Counted from the whole stretch's first letter, positions 39,805 through 53,917 are shown. The stretch is DNA of 63,595 nt, filler included, from Octopus bimaculoides (GCF_001194135.2; 3 parts of 2 records of this genome joined end to end with filler, not necessarily neighbours in it); one strand, 5' to 3'. The notes: generated by a model not told the origin, from the sequence alone. Program-made: numbers and translations.

Positions 39805-40788
39805 GTTACTAGAAATCTCCGTGATGATAGTAACATTGATCATCAAAGCAGTTTATCATGGACCAATAGCAGGATTACTACCACCCACTTTGAAGGCTAT
39901 GCGTTTGCAATCCAGGAACAGGAAATGTCAACCAAGTACCTGATGTACAAAAGGGATAGAGATGCAGGTAAAACTGTAATGTCTAACATTCTATGCAGAC
40001 GTCGTGGAGTTAACACCGAAGATATCACCCACATCGTAAGCAGTTGACCGAAAATGTCATATCGGTATTATCTACCGATGAGACATGACGTTGTAGCTAG
40101 GACACTCTATAATGAAATCCTTCAGAAGGGTAATCCCGAGGACAAGGAAATAAGAACCGACAATATGGTAGAAGCCATAACCACTCATAATAAAAAGGAA
40201 TACTGGTCGAATCTAGCAGTGAAGACATCAATAAAATGTAAGCACAACAGCCCTATGATGAATTGGGATAAAGAAGAGAAACTGTGCACAGTTGTGGAAA
40301 TTAGTTGCCCAACGGATGTTAACATAAAGCTGAAGATCAGTGAAAAAGAGAATATCTACGCTGAACTATTGAGAAATCTGCAATTACTCTATCCAGATTA
40401 CAAGTTCAGGTTTATACCTGTAGTTATTGGGGCTCTGGGATATGTAACACACTGCCTAAATATCAATCTTGAGAAGAAATTAAACTTCTCAAAACCAGAA
40501 AATGAAAGCTAATTCGAAAACAATAGAACCAACCCATCACTGGAAGTGTAAAATTCTATAAAACTTTCCAGAAGTTTATCATTGAAATATATATGAGCAT
40601 GTCTAGATATGCAACTATATGCATGAGAATACATACATAAAACATACAAATCTGCACATACATACGTTGATACATACATGTTCATACATACATACATACA
40701 AAAATACCCTGTTGTTGATGCTGAAATTCCAATGAAGGAGTCTTGGATCTAGGTTACAAACCGGTTCTTTATTCGCAAAAATAATGAC
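39803..40788 (+). mobile_element. 5'-truncated R4/Dong-like element: CCHC region, restriction-like endonuclease and 3' UTR
   Basis: HFEGYAFAIQEQE...EDITHIVSS*PKMSYRYYLPMRHDVVAR...VEISCPTDVNI...EKENIY...IPVVIGALGY; the 3' end runs into (CATA)n. Confidence 0.88.
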
Positions 40789-42368
40789 ATACATACATGC
40801 ATACCTACATACATACATGCATACATACATACATGCATACATACATACATACATACATACATACATAATATTCCCTATCCCCCTTTAAAATGATCAAAAT
40901 TGTGACGTCAGTGGTTATCAATCTTTTCGACTTTGAGATACACAGGAAATCACATTAGCAATTACCGTAGCGTCAGAGGCTAACTTCACATGGAAGTTTA
41001 AAATATTTTTTGAAATTTAGAAATAAGGGAAAAAAATTTTAGGAAACCGTTGCATTTGTTGTTTTATAAATCATATTTATCTAGAAGAAAACTATGAATT
41101 TCACGCTTTGCTTATGGATTTTTTCTAAAGCCGTTAATTACATATCTCTTAAAAAGTAATATTATGTCTGTATAGACTTTGAACGCAGTAATGTATCACG
41201 TCATACAATTTGGTCTGAACTATGGGAAAACCATGAATTCTAAACGTTTCTTCAGATCGTTTTGGCCCCTTACAAAAGCTTTTTTCCGATTTCAAATGAA
41301 AACCAAGTGGCATGTTTATTGTTTGTCTATTCTTATAATATTTAGGTAAGGCATGTCTTGAAATGAAAATCTGCTGCGCTTTCTCTGTAATAGATGAAAG
41401 ATATTGCTAACATTTGCGCAAATTATTGCAACATTTCTATACACTGGAACTGCATATCATAAATACAACCTGACAGCTGACAGTGTCAGTAAAGACAAAA
41501 TAATTGCTTTTTTCTCAAATTGGTATATGGCCACAATTTTGTTTATTACGTATCTAGTGAATTATAACTAATATATTATATGAGTGCCGCTTATTCTGTC
41601 AATCCCAGAAAGAAGAAAAGCAGTTAACTTCTTCAGGTTATAAAGTATGGAAAAAGATGGACCAAACCAAATACTTGGAAATGTTCAATTGATTCTATCA
41701 CAACGCTGATCTAATCTTTCTTTGCAAAGGCGAAAATTGAAGGAAAAGTCTGTAATATTGGTATCATGCCTTTACTGTTATCTATCTTATCGATGCTTGC
41801 AGGTTTAACAGCAGGGCCGACCCTAGTGGGATCTCATCTAATGCCACCAAACGATCATCACAAAGTATTTTTGAACGTGACCACCTTCGGATTGAGTGTA
41901 CTTCAAATGAGATACATCTCACGATAGTTTCGAAAGACCTTCATACTTATTAAAACACCTGTTTTCAATTAAGCATTTATATATTAGGGGGCATTTTAAT
42001 ACCCGTGCTAGGTTTAGGAACGTTGTTGCCTAGGCAATAATTTAATTCACTCTTTCGAAGAGCCATTGGCTGAAATGTCAGCTTTATCTATGTCTCACTG
42101 CAATCGAATTTATTGCAGCTCGGCAGCAAATTCTCCGGGGCGCACATATCTAACTGAATAGAATCTTTTGTTTTTATGCAGCTTCACATTTTATACACTC
42201 ATTGAGCTAATGCTTATTTCTGATTTCAATTACGCTAAGCAAATGACAGACAAATGTAATCCTAAATAAACGTCTATATTAAGATTTAACCACAACAGCT
42301 TACATCTGGCACTTAAAGGACCATCATATTATCAATAAGTGCGCCTATATTAGAAAGAATTATTATTA

Positions 42369-42424
<56 letters not shown>

Positions 42425-42427
42425 TTA

Positions 42428-42830
42428 TTATCTTTGCACAGCTTCTAACGCTGGGTATATACTACGTTGTCAGCTGTACACTACCAATGAACTAAGGTAA
42501 CACCACTTATTTTCCGAGCAGCATCCAGAGTATTCGAGTGGTTCCAAGCAGTGCTGTTTTCTGCAAGTGCTCCTTCCTTATTGCAGACCCTCTTTGTTCC
42601 ACGTACTTGTCAAGATTTTTACTCACTGTTCCCAGGGCTCCGACCGTTATTGGAACTACTACCACCGTTTTCAGCGACCACAACAACACTAAAATAGCGT
42701 GCAGTTATGTCCCTTTACGTCTTAAGTCTTTTGCTTTTCAGCCTTTCGGTATCAGTAAGCTGTTTAACAGTCGTATACTTAGGTCTGTATAATTAGCTAC
42801 ATTGCTTTCGCTTCAAGATTTGTGGCTTTG
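42428..42830 (-). mobile_element. 3' end of a REL-type (R4/Dong-like) non-LTR element with (TAA)n tail at 42359-42424
   Basis: VVVVPITVGALGTVSKNL...LQKTALLGTTRIL* followed by a short 3' UTR and (TAA)n. Confidence 0.8.
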
Positions 42831-44172
42831 TAAAGATGTAAGAAATAAAATACTGGTTGGTGCGACACCACAAATGTGTTTGTGTAATGTCACTTGAGGG
42901 CTGGACAGTTTAGCAAAACAAAGAGCTAAGGACACAATTGTAAATTTTATAGTGTTGCTGCAGCATACTTCGGGCAGAATTCTTTCGGTAGAATATCGTC
43001 TAAGCACAAAGAGGGTAAAAATGCAAATATTTAAGCTAAATATCTTAGCCTCTGACAGACGTTATACAATGCTGGTTATATGATATGAAACACAGACCTC
43101 TCAGTCGGTTGTCATACACCCTAACGTTTCAATATTCCATGTCCTCATTAGTAGTACATTGGGTGTTGATTTAATCGATTATAAGCCTATTTTGGAAAAA
43201 TTGGCCTCCTGCCTAGACTGGAAACCAAATTATGGCACAATATAATAAATGACCTGTTTAAATACAAATTTGATTTTGGTACTCGCTTTCGACAGAAAAT
43301 CTATAACTGATTATCTACATCATACATAAGTAGTGTGTAAAATACTCTGAACGTTTTACTTACAATTTTATTCGTTCCTTTTTTTAACGATCATTAAATA
43401 CATAGAAATAATAAATATTTAACTAATCAATGAATAAAAGTTGCCAGAAATTTTATCAAGTTTTTTTTTTTTAACAAGCTTGGATGTATTTTGCTTCATA
43501 AAAATTTTTAATTTTATGGATATATTTATTTTGAGAAAGTAGAATGTTAAACAAACAAAAATCAAAGCTAGACACTAAAATTCGATAAACAACTGCGTCT
43601 TTGAGTGTATACTACGGCCACAGATAAATACAGACATGGTATTTCTGGAATCGCTGATATGTCGACCGCACTTATTCGTTCGACTGGTTATATATCCGCC
43701 AAGTGTGTTATTGATACGGTATAATCTGAGTTTTAAATGATGTTAATATCAATATGAGCCAACGAAGAAGCCTCTATGGAGTCAATGAAATTGCTAGAAA
43801 TAGCACACAAATTTCCTTCAGATTACATCCGACCGTTTAAAAAAAGTACGAACACATAGATTTGCTCAACCAGAACAGTCCTGTAACTAAATAACAACAG
43901 CTTCTAAAATTCTGAGAAAATACGGAAGAAATCAGAGATCAGTCTTCTAACGATCGGCTTGAAATGTGGGAGTTCGTTTCTCTTTGTGTAACACTGACAT
44001 TATCTGCTGCTTAGTTTAACGTCATTCTTTCTAAATTTTGGCACAAGGCCTGTAATTTTGAGTGGATGGGGCAAATCGATTACATCGATCTCAGTACTTG
44101 ACAGGTGCTTCATTTTATTGACCTCAAACGATGAATTACACAGTTGATAGCTCGACGATATTTTAAATCAAA

Positions 44173-44398
44173 GGCGGCGAGCTGGCAGAAACGTTAGCAC
44201 ACCGGGCTTAGCGGTATTTCGCCTGCCGTTGCGTTCTGAGTTCAAATTCCGCCGAGGTTGACTTTGCCTTTCATTCTTTCGGGGTCGATAAATTAAGTAC
44301 CAGTTACACACTGGGGGTCGATGTAATCGACCTAATCCCTCTGTCTGTCCTTGTTTGTCCCCTCTATGTTTAGCCCCTTGTGGGCAATAAAAAAAAAA
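44173..44398 (+). mobile_element. Young full-length SINE-B with 16-17 bp target-site duplication, inserted into an older antisense SINE-B (44030-44463)
   Basis: Head GGCGGCGAGCTGGCAGAAACG, B-box GAGTTCAAATTCC, A-rich end; gatattttaaatcaaag occurs at 44157-44173 and 44399-44415. Confidence 0.92.
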
Positions 44399-44690
44399 GA
44401 TATTTTAAATCAAAGCATAAAGAGTCGGAGAAAATGTTGCTAAGCATTTTGTCCGACCCTCTANNNNNNNNNNNNNNNNNNNNNNNNNNNNNNNNNNNNN
44501 NNNNNNNNNNNNNNNNNNNNNNNNNNNNNNNNNNNNNNNNNNNNNNNNNNNNNNNNNNNNNNNNNNNNNNNNNNNNNNNNNNNNNNNNNNNNNNNNNNNN
44601 NNNNNNNNNNNNNNNNNNNNNNNNNNNNNNNNNNNNNNNNNNNNNNNNNNNNNNNNNNNNNNNNNNNNNNNNNNNNNNNNNNATATATAT

Positions 44691-44861
44691 ACATATATAC
44701 GACGGGCTTCTTTCAGTTTCCGTCTACCAAATCCACTCACAAGGCTTTGGTCAGCCCGAGGCTATAGTAGAAGACAGTTGACCAAGATGCCACGCAGTGG
44801 GACTGAACCCTGAACCATGTGGTTGGTAAGCAAGCTACTTACCACACAGCCACTCCTGCGC
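44691..44861 (-). mobile_element. SINE-A head, well conserved
   Basis: Reverse complement begins GCGCAGGAGTGGCTGTGTGGTAAGTAGC...GGGTTCAGTCCC (A-box-like and B-box-like). Confidence 0.92.
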
Positions 44862-45134
44862 GTTTGTTTGTTTTTAATTCAAGATGGAAGGTGTTTGGTT
44901 TGCAATGGATTTGGTTGCACTTCCAACATATTCGGTTGCTATACAGAAATAACCTCGTTGACTTGTGCAGTTCATCGTTATAATTACTGGCTGTCCTACA
45001 AAGTAGTTTATATTGCATTAACTTGTACTGCTGGATTTCAGTCTTCGAGAAATAGAAAAGAATTTTTTAACTTAATCTCTTTTAAACGGAGATCACTTTC
45101 AGAGATAATATATGCGTTCGAGTGAATGAAAAGA

Positions 45135-45496
45135 GGACACAAGGCTAGAAATTTCGAGGGAGAGACTGATTTAATTACATCGACTCCAGAATTCAACTGG
45201 TATTTATCTTATTGACCCCGAAACGGTCAAAGTCGAAGACGACCCCGGCGGAATATGTACTCAGAATGTACAGACGGACGAAATGCCGCTAAACATTTTA
45301 ACAGACAGATAATATCGGTTTCAAATTTTGGCACAAGGCCAGTAATTTTGAGGCAGAAGATAAGTTTGGTGTTCAACTTGTACTTATTTTATCGACCCCC
45401 GAAAAGATGAAAGCTGAATTCGGCCTCGGCGGAATTTGAACTCATAACGTACAGAAGAACTAAATATTGCTAAGTATTTTAACAGACAGATAATAT
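45135..45496 (-). mobile_element. Two tandem truncated SINE-B copies
   Basis: Both end at the same point and are followed by aacagacagataatat. Confidence 0.8.
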
Positions 45497-46569
45497 TAAC
45501 GTGATACTAGTGTAGTACAAGAGATGTATTCCTTCACCTGCCGTTGAGAAAGTAACTATAAATCAGTATATACAACTCAATGAATGTTAATATATCGTTT
45601 TACAATACATTATTCGAAGCTCTTGAAAGGATTTCAATCCAACACTATACATTAAAAGAAAAGTACTTTGCAATATTTGATGCTGACGGTTGGTAGAAAA
45701 TATGCTGCTATAATTGATCCGCTATCGCGTTTTGAGCTGAAGTCCAATCAAGGTTGACTACGCCTTTCATAGAGCAGGGATTAGGTAATAATGCACCAAT
45801 CAAGTGCTGGGGTGCTATTCTTCCTACGATACGCTGTAAGAGGGTTTTAAGGCTTGCTGTACAGGATGCCTTTCCCCATGAAATAGAAACGGTTTGGGTT
45901 AGGAATCTAGAACTTCTCATCTAGAATGCTACAGAAGCTGTAGATAGGAACCAGAAAACGTAATGGGGATAGAGGGATCAATGGGTGGTATGGCACGAAG
46001 CAGTTTCAAAAATATAGCCCAATGTATACAGTATGGTCTTCTGAGTTATTACTTACATAAGAGAATCTTATTACATTGCTCTAATTAACCAACGTATTGT
46101 GGGATGATTAAAAATGGCACAGGCAATGCCAAATGGTTTAGATATTTGCTTACATCCTGGTGGCTTTTTGACTTTGCCCTTCGTGTTTAATTCGATGAAA
46201 TAAAGTACTACTCAAGAACTGGGGGCGATTTAGCCATCCAAAACTGTGTCATTGTTCTTATATTAGCGATCATTGACTATACGATGGTAATAGAGGGCAG
46301 TTTCGGTAAAGCATATAACAAAATACAATACTGCACGGTATTTCGTCACGTTCTTTTACATTCTGAGTTTAAATCTCGCTGAGGTGGACTTTATCTTTTG
46401 TCCTCTTGGTCTAGATAAAATGACTGTTAGTCAAACACTGGGCTTCCATTAAATTCACTATCCCATCATACCACTCCCAGAAAACGTTTGGCCCTTGTAG
46501 TTATATTAAAATCCTGATGAAAGATTTATGAAAATATGAAAATGCTGAAAATTTTGTATACAGCATCTT

Positions 46570-46902
46570 TTATCTTTTCTCTTTTACCTGTTTCAGTCAT
46601 TTAACTGCGACCATTCTGGGGCACCGCTTTCAAGGATTTTAGTCGAATATATCGACCCCATGACTTATTCTATTGCTACCTTTTGCCGAACAAGTTACGT
46701 GGACGTGAACATAACAACANNNNNNNNNNACATATATATATATGACGGCCTTCTTTCAGTTTTCGTCTACCAAATCCACTCACAAAGTTTTGTCGGCCTG
46801 AGGCTAAAGTAGAAGACACTTGCCCAAAGCGTCACGCAGTGGAGCTGGATTCGAAATTATGCGGTCGGGAAGCAAGCTTCTACCACAGGGCCACGCCTTC
46901 AC
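46570..46902 (-). mobile_element. SINE-A copy spanning a 10-N gap
   Basis: Tail tttcagtcatttaactgcgacc; head region ctaccaaatccactcacaaag. Confidence 0.85.
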
Positions 46903-48559
46903 CTGTATATCTTGTATATCTAAGTAACTTTCAGTGTAATCCTTTTTTAATGGTAGAGGAGGAAGATCAATTCCCAAGGTCCTTTTTCAGGAGATCCTAG
47001 ACTGGTGCAACGAAACCATCTTCATAGCAGAAACCCGATTGGAATGTTTTCAAAAGTGTAGACTCCGGTAAAGTAACTTAAGTACCAGGATGTAGTGTTA
47101 AATTAGGTGGCGGTTTAGGTTTAATCGTATTTCTTTTGAAATTTAGTAATCTGCAGAAGGTGCTAATGGGTGATCACAATCTATTATTGTTTTTTTGTTT
47201 TTTTTTACAGGTTGACCTATGTTTGATATGTAGGTGAGCTGAAGCAATGTAGAATAAAGTATTTTAACCACAATTTTAGCAAGTGGTTCTTAATGGATTT
47301 GAACTCGAGTATTATTTGCCGGTGATCTAATACGTTAACCGTTCAGCTATTTCATAACTGCCTTACACCATTTATTGGCATGAAGTAATAAGTAAAACAC
47401 AAAGCTTAGTTTGAACGAGATTTCATGAAAGAATGCATCTTCGTATGTCGAAACTATTACATAAAAATATATTGCATGTCATACATCAAGGAAAAGATTT
47501 AAACTCATAGAATGATAAATAGAGAAAAGCAAAACAAGAACGATCTCTATTTTGAATTATAGCTAAGAAAATACATAAAGAAATATGTCTTTGTTTACAG
47601 TGTCTCAGCTAAGAAAGAGTCACGTGGCTCAGTCAACAATGTCAGCTATTGGTGCAGCCACTCTGCTGGGTTAAAAGCTTCATAAAAGATACTTCATATT
47701 ATTTATGTGAAAAATTCAAGCAATTTCTCTGAACAATGATTCTTATGTCAAAGAAACTAACATGTAAAGATTAGAGATAATGTATTGAACCGGACAAAAC
47801 GGCATCTCTCATCAATTATGTAACTTTCTTTGTGAAAAGTTGGTTATATTTTTAAAGTTGCATACACTAGTATTTCTTTATCATCAGTTACATCAGTGGA
47901 TGTTTCAGTAAAATCAAGCTACCAGTATAGATCATTGACAAACTGATAAGCACTACTGAATAGAAATTATCGGATCAAATTTGAAGAATATTTCTTTTCT
48001 ACGTTTCCGACATCTATGGAATTCTCTTCTCTTCAATTTTATAGATTCTTAGAGATAAACGTGGAGGTTATTGCAGAAGTTAGGTTGGAGTTTAGCTTTT
48101 GGAATTATCAAGTATAAAGAAAAGAAGTTTAGTAGTATTTAATGTTGAGGTTGTAGGTTAAACAGAATGCTGTTCATGGTTGATTAATAACTAAACCAAA
48201 TGCTCAACAAAAAAACTATCATCAGCAAATGAGGGTTTCCAGTCGAGATTATTCCAGTATTTTTGATGCGCTGCTGTTGTTCCTCTTCAGTCCTAGGGCA
48301 GCTGTGATCAAGCAGATCTCAGCATTTCCTGTCCCGACCATTTCGTCTTTTCTTTAGAAGCACAGTGTAAATATGATTGCCTTATTTCAGGTTTCCCTTT
48401 TTCAAACAGTAGGGTGTAATTTGAAGGATAGTTATTTGCTCTCTTTCTAGCAGATCGAGCAACCAGATTGGCCTCATCATTAGTTTTGCTTTGATATGAA
48501 GTAACATAGATGTGAGACCACCAACGGTAGAACCTCCAAGACTAATGATGTCACATGAA

Positions 48560-48990
48560 CTAACATCTAACTTCTTTTTAAATGTCAGATAATATTTCAG
48601 TCCTCCAAAACTACTAAGTGTTTCAGAAGGCGCATTCAACGGATTGTTGGTCTCACATTACATCAAGCACGGCACAGCTACACTACCCAGAGACATCCTA
48701 GCTATCACCCAAAAACTCAGCCGCTCGATTTATTGGCATGAAGTCTCTCAGCAACACACTCCAGCCTTTAGTCCGAATTTTTCAACCTCTGCTACTGTAA
48801 ACGCCGATCCTGGTTGGTCTCATGTCACGTCCCGATTCATTCATCCCTTCTCCTTTTTTTTCACCCATATTGCATTTACCTCCAGCCATCCTGTTGCCAT
48901 ACTATCCACTTCACCCAGCCTTACTTATCTAGAACCCTAAAGCCATTTAGTTCCTTTATAGTTCATGGTTTGTCAACATTAAGCTGTTGA
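48560..48990 (+). mobile_element. Decayed CR1-like LINE 3' fragment
   Basis: KAHSTDCWSHI...AARFIGMKSLSNTLQPL resembles KAQVRPxMEYCSHIW...AIRLIG...LQPL; homologous to 54130-54600. Confidence 0.55.
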
Positions 48991-50719
48991 AGAGAAACAT
49001 CAACAATATCCGTCTCAGCGGTCTCTGGATGGGAGCATGCGGAGATTCTGAACCACTATTATATTCTCCAAACCAAACCATTAATATAGCTGAAAATGTA
49101 ATAGCCACTACTTAGTATGTTGTATGACTTAGCTTACAGTATTCCAATCAGAACAATATATATGTCTGCCATGCAACTCGAACATCTGAGCTGTTAAGGG
49201 GAAGATATACCTTCCACTGGAATAAACACCTCTCTTTCGCAAGAATTGAACTCAGAATAATAAATTATAAACACTCCATTTACACAATGAAGTCGCTTCT
49301 CAGATCGATGAACTCCATCATCATCAGTACTTCTAACTCAGTCGTTAATATCTGTGTATCTTAATTCTCAACACGAGGGATAAGAGAGGTCATTCTCAAC
49401 CAGACGGTGAATTCTTTGACTCTAACAACTCAGTCATCAACTGTTGTCGCATTTTACTACAGACTAGAGTGGTTTATGTCATAAGTCAATCCCAAGAGAT
49501 TCTTCTATAACTAGTGTTTCCATGCCGTCAATATTTATCTTATTCATATGTATTGAAAATGATAAAGTAAACTTAAAAGATAGAAAATTACGTTTGTTTT
49601 TAAATACAAATATTTACATGTTTCAATAGATTTTACATTGAACAATTTCGTGGGTAAAAAAACAACTTGGTCGGCTCAATATTTGCATTAATAGTACATA
49701 AACTGAAAATTTAGTCAATTGCAGATAAATTATCACGCAACACTACTAAACTGACAAAGTCTTTGTAGGTACTGTTTAGCTCAAAAATACTTTAAAGACT
49801 TCGTTTGAAAGGAAAATTTATTTCACATAAATCTTTCCTATGTTGTGCTTATTTTCTGCAGTTTCAAATTCCTTTTACTTCTTGTTCAGCTTGTGCTGCA
49901 GATAGTTACTCGTGAGAAAAGACATGTGAATACAGATATATTCAACAGCATGAAAAAAAAAACGAATGAGCAAGTTGTTTGTAAATGAATAACAAGCAAC
50001 TGACGTCTGTAAAAGGAAGATTGATATTATTAGGCGCAATATTTAATCTTGAGACGCATGCCTATACTCCTTTCTTATACCAGTTAATATTATAAGTCCA
50101 AAGAGGAACCTTGTGATCTATGGTCTGTTTTATTTATATTTTTCTCCCTTACAACAAATCAGATTTGCAGTCATAGTTTGCTGTCAATACCTTAATATAA
50201 TAACCAAGGGAGATAAGTCCAATAAGATTACTGTTATCTGCCTTTTCGTGACATAAAATATATCGATACGCAACAGGACGTATTATAAGAGTACAATATA
50301 TTTCTAGAGAATAAATGAAAGTGGCAACAGCCTAATATACAATGTGCGATATCTGTTGAAGACACAATCTAAGAATTTACTTTATTATATTATGTAATAA
50401 TATACGACATTATTATTGTTATGACAAACTACATTTTCGAATATAGTTTTTTGAAGGCGTATTTACTCCGTAGTAATCATAAGAGTATAGATTTCAGACT
50501 TTAGGCGACGTATTCTTATGTGTGTTTGTGTGTGTCTGTGTTTTGTATGTATGCATCTTATATGTCATTCCATTAAACTTAATTTATAAAAGCAAAGTAA
50601 AACAGATTCCTAGCAAAATGGGAAGAATATCCAATAAACAGACAGCTGTGTGTGTATACACAGATATATATATAGAGAGAGAGCATGGCCGCAGCTCTGA
50701 GCTGAAACTATAGAAAAAA

Positions 50720-50750
<31 letters not shown>

Positions 50751-50893
50751 TGTATGTATGTATGTGAATCCACAGCGAGAGCGCCAGACGCATTTCCCCC
50801 ATTTTGTACCTTTTCAAGGCGTGTTCTCGGAGCTTGGCACATACACTAAACGTATTTGACGCTCTCGCAGGGGTGGACTTTCGTCTCTTTTCA

Positions 50894-50954
<61 letters not shown>

Positions 50955-51082
50955 TTATCTATCTATCTATCATATTTATTGTGTAATTTAACACATCAAG
51001 ACCATAAGAGATGCTTACTACATCAGGAAAAATGCTGCAATAACTAACCTAACGATAGTGTGAATCCATTATGTATGGTATA

Positions 51083-51977
51083 CGAGGGGGTAAAGAAAAC
51101 GGAATTTTGCAATATTATTTTATTTACTTAGTTTTACATGTTTACACTTATATCGCCTTCAAATTATTCTCCGTTTGAAGTAATGCATTGATCCAGACGC
51201 GTTTTCCACAGTTCGAAGCAGCGCTGGAACACCTGCGATGTGATGCCTTTTAACGCCTCCGTTGGGTTTTTTTTCCCCTCACCTCTTCCACATCTGAAAA
51301 TTCCGTAGCACCAGCTTCTGTCACCAGTGATGACCTTCGAAAAGAGTCCGGATCAACTTTCAACTGTTATTTCAGTTCACGACAAAAATTCAGTCGTGAC
51401 TGCTTTTGACCTTCCATGAGCAAGCGAGGCACAAATTTTACTGCAGCTCTTTTCATTCGCAATTCTTCGGTCAAAATTCGTTGGCAGGAGCTGCAGGGCA
51501 CATCAGTCATATCAATAAGTTCGTCAATTGTTCGATGACCGTCCTCCAAGATCAGTTCATGAATTCTCATGTTTTCTTTCGTTCGGTCGTTCTAAACGAG
51601 GCTGGGCCTCAACCGACAACGGTTGGAAACCACTCGTAAACATGGAAACCACTCGTAAACATGTGTTTTGCTCATGGCAGCTTTCGCTTAAGCTGTTTGA
51701 AGCAAGACAACTGTTTCGACCGCCGTTTTCCCCAGCCAGCAGAAAACAGAATTTCACGGCAGAACGCTGTTCCTTTATTTCAACCATCGCAAAAATCGAG
51801 GAACAGGAGAGAAACATTGCAAGACAAAAACGTGCCACGTGATAGAATGACCCCAGGCGACGTGTCAATCGGCATACTGATGTCTGAGGGCTGCATCAAA
51901 TGGCTTCTAGGGATGCAAGCCTGAACTACAAAGACTTGCCTCACAGAAGGCGTTTCCGGTTACTTTTGGATACCTCG
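51083..51977 (-). mobile_element. Internally deleted mariner transposon with TIRs and TA target duplication
   Basis: TA-CGAGG...CCTCG-TA termini; MVEIKEQRSAVKFCFLL...IHELILEDGHRTIDELIDMT...KFVPRLL (HTH) fused to the transposase C-terminal tail. Confidence 0.9.
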
Positions 51978-52469
51978 TATAGACAGATTTTTTTAATAAA
52001 ATACTTCGTCAATTGAGTACGTCGGATTTTTAAATAAACCGAGCGGCTATTCGCAGCATCAGTATTGTATTCTCAGTTTCCAATAACAGAGACGACGAAA
52101 TCTCGTTCGAATATGTGATTGCCAGCGTGTACGCGATATTGAATAGGCCCAAGTATGCTAAAATGCGCTAGGTGTCATTGTTGTACAGTGCTGGGAGGAA
52201 CGTTCATCTCACTGTCTCTCTGTGCGTCTATCTATCAGTTTCGCTATCTCTGTCCCTTTTTCCCTCTCTCCCCTCCCCCTTTCTCTCCCCTCCCTCTCTC
52301 TCTCTCTCTCTCTCCCTAATAGTTCTGGTACTTTATACTCAACAAATCCGTAAGAGATACTATCTCATGACAATTACTAGAGTAACTCTCTTCTGGACAG
52401 TTCGTATACATTTAGTATCATACGTAGATGCTTATGTTAATTAAATACTACTTCACTTGTGTATTCCGG

Positions 52470-53030
<561 letters not shown>

Positions 53031-53534
53031 ACGGGAGCGCGAACGAGCGGTGATATGGAAAGAATAAATTCAACTATTTTCTTATATATTCAATGTCAAC
53101 GTAGACAGTGACTAATTAGAATACAAACTGGAAGAAGAAAAATATAGAAAAAGATGAATGCACTGAATGTTTCCTCTCATTACACTTGTTGTAAAACTGT
53201 GGACCTAACCAAATCAAGTATTATATCTCTAACATCTATTTGTGAATACCAATACAGACGAAGAAAACTGTTTAGATGTTCGATAGATACATAAAATACT
53301 CGTATCCACATATAGGTACCTAAATATAGCTGTTTCTCGATAAATATATTTTTTTTTCAAATTCTTACGTTAGATGTTTGGTATCACAGTCTCTGATATC
53401 ATTTATATAACTATGCAGCACTACGTTTTTATATCATAAAATCCACAGAATTCGTAACTCGGTATTCTTTTCATGTGTAATTTTCTTCCATTACCTAACC
53501 TCAGTAATTGATGCTAGTATATATAACTAAATAG

Positions 53535-53722
53535 GCGAAAGCATGGCGGCGGTGTGGATAGGAAACTCGCTTCGCTGCTATGTCTTTCCGGGTTTAGTCC
53601 CGCTTCGTGGAACCTTGGGCAAGTATCTTTTATTATAGCGCTGGACTGACCAATTCTTTGTGAGTGGATTTATTAAGTGACAACTGCGTAGAAGCACGTT
53701 ATACAAACACGCACAGATATAC

Positions 53723-53809
<87 letters not shown>

Positions 53810-53917
53810 CGCATATATACATATATGCGATGGGCTTCTTTGAGTTTCCATCAGCCGAATCCACTCACAAGGCTTTGGTCGGCACGAAAATATAGTAAAA
53901 ACACTTAGCCAAGGTGT
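53535..53917. mobile_element. Two SINE-A heads in opposite orientation flanking (TA)n
   Basis: + copy 53535-53700 (ccttgggcaagt...ttgtgagtggatt); - copy 53822-53917 (aatccactcacaaggc...ccaaggtg). Confidence 0.8.

Noticed and set aside
41235-41260. CUGAAGAAACGUU on the minus strand as a collapsed hammerhead
   Set aside because: No stem II and no pLTR context; probably chance.
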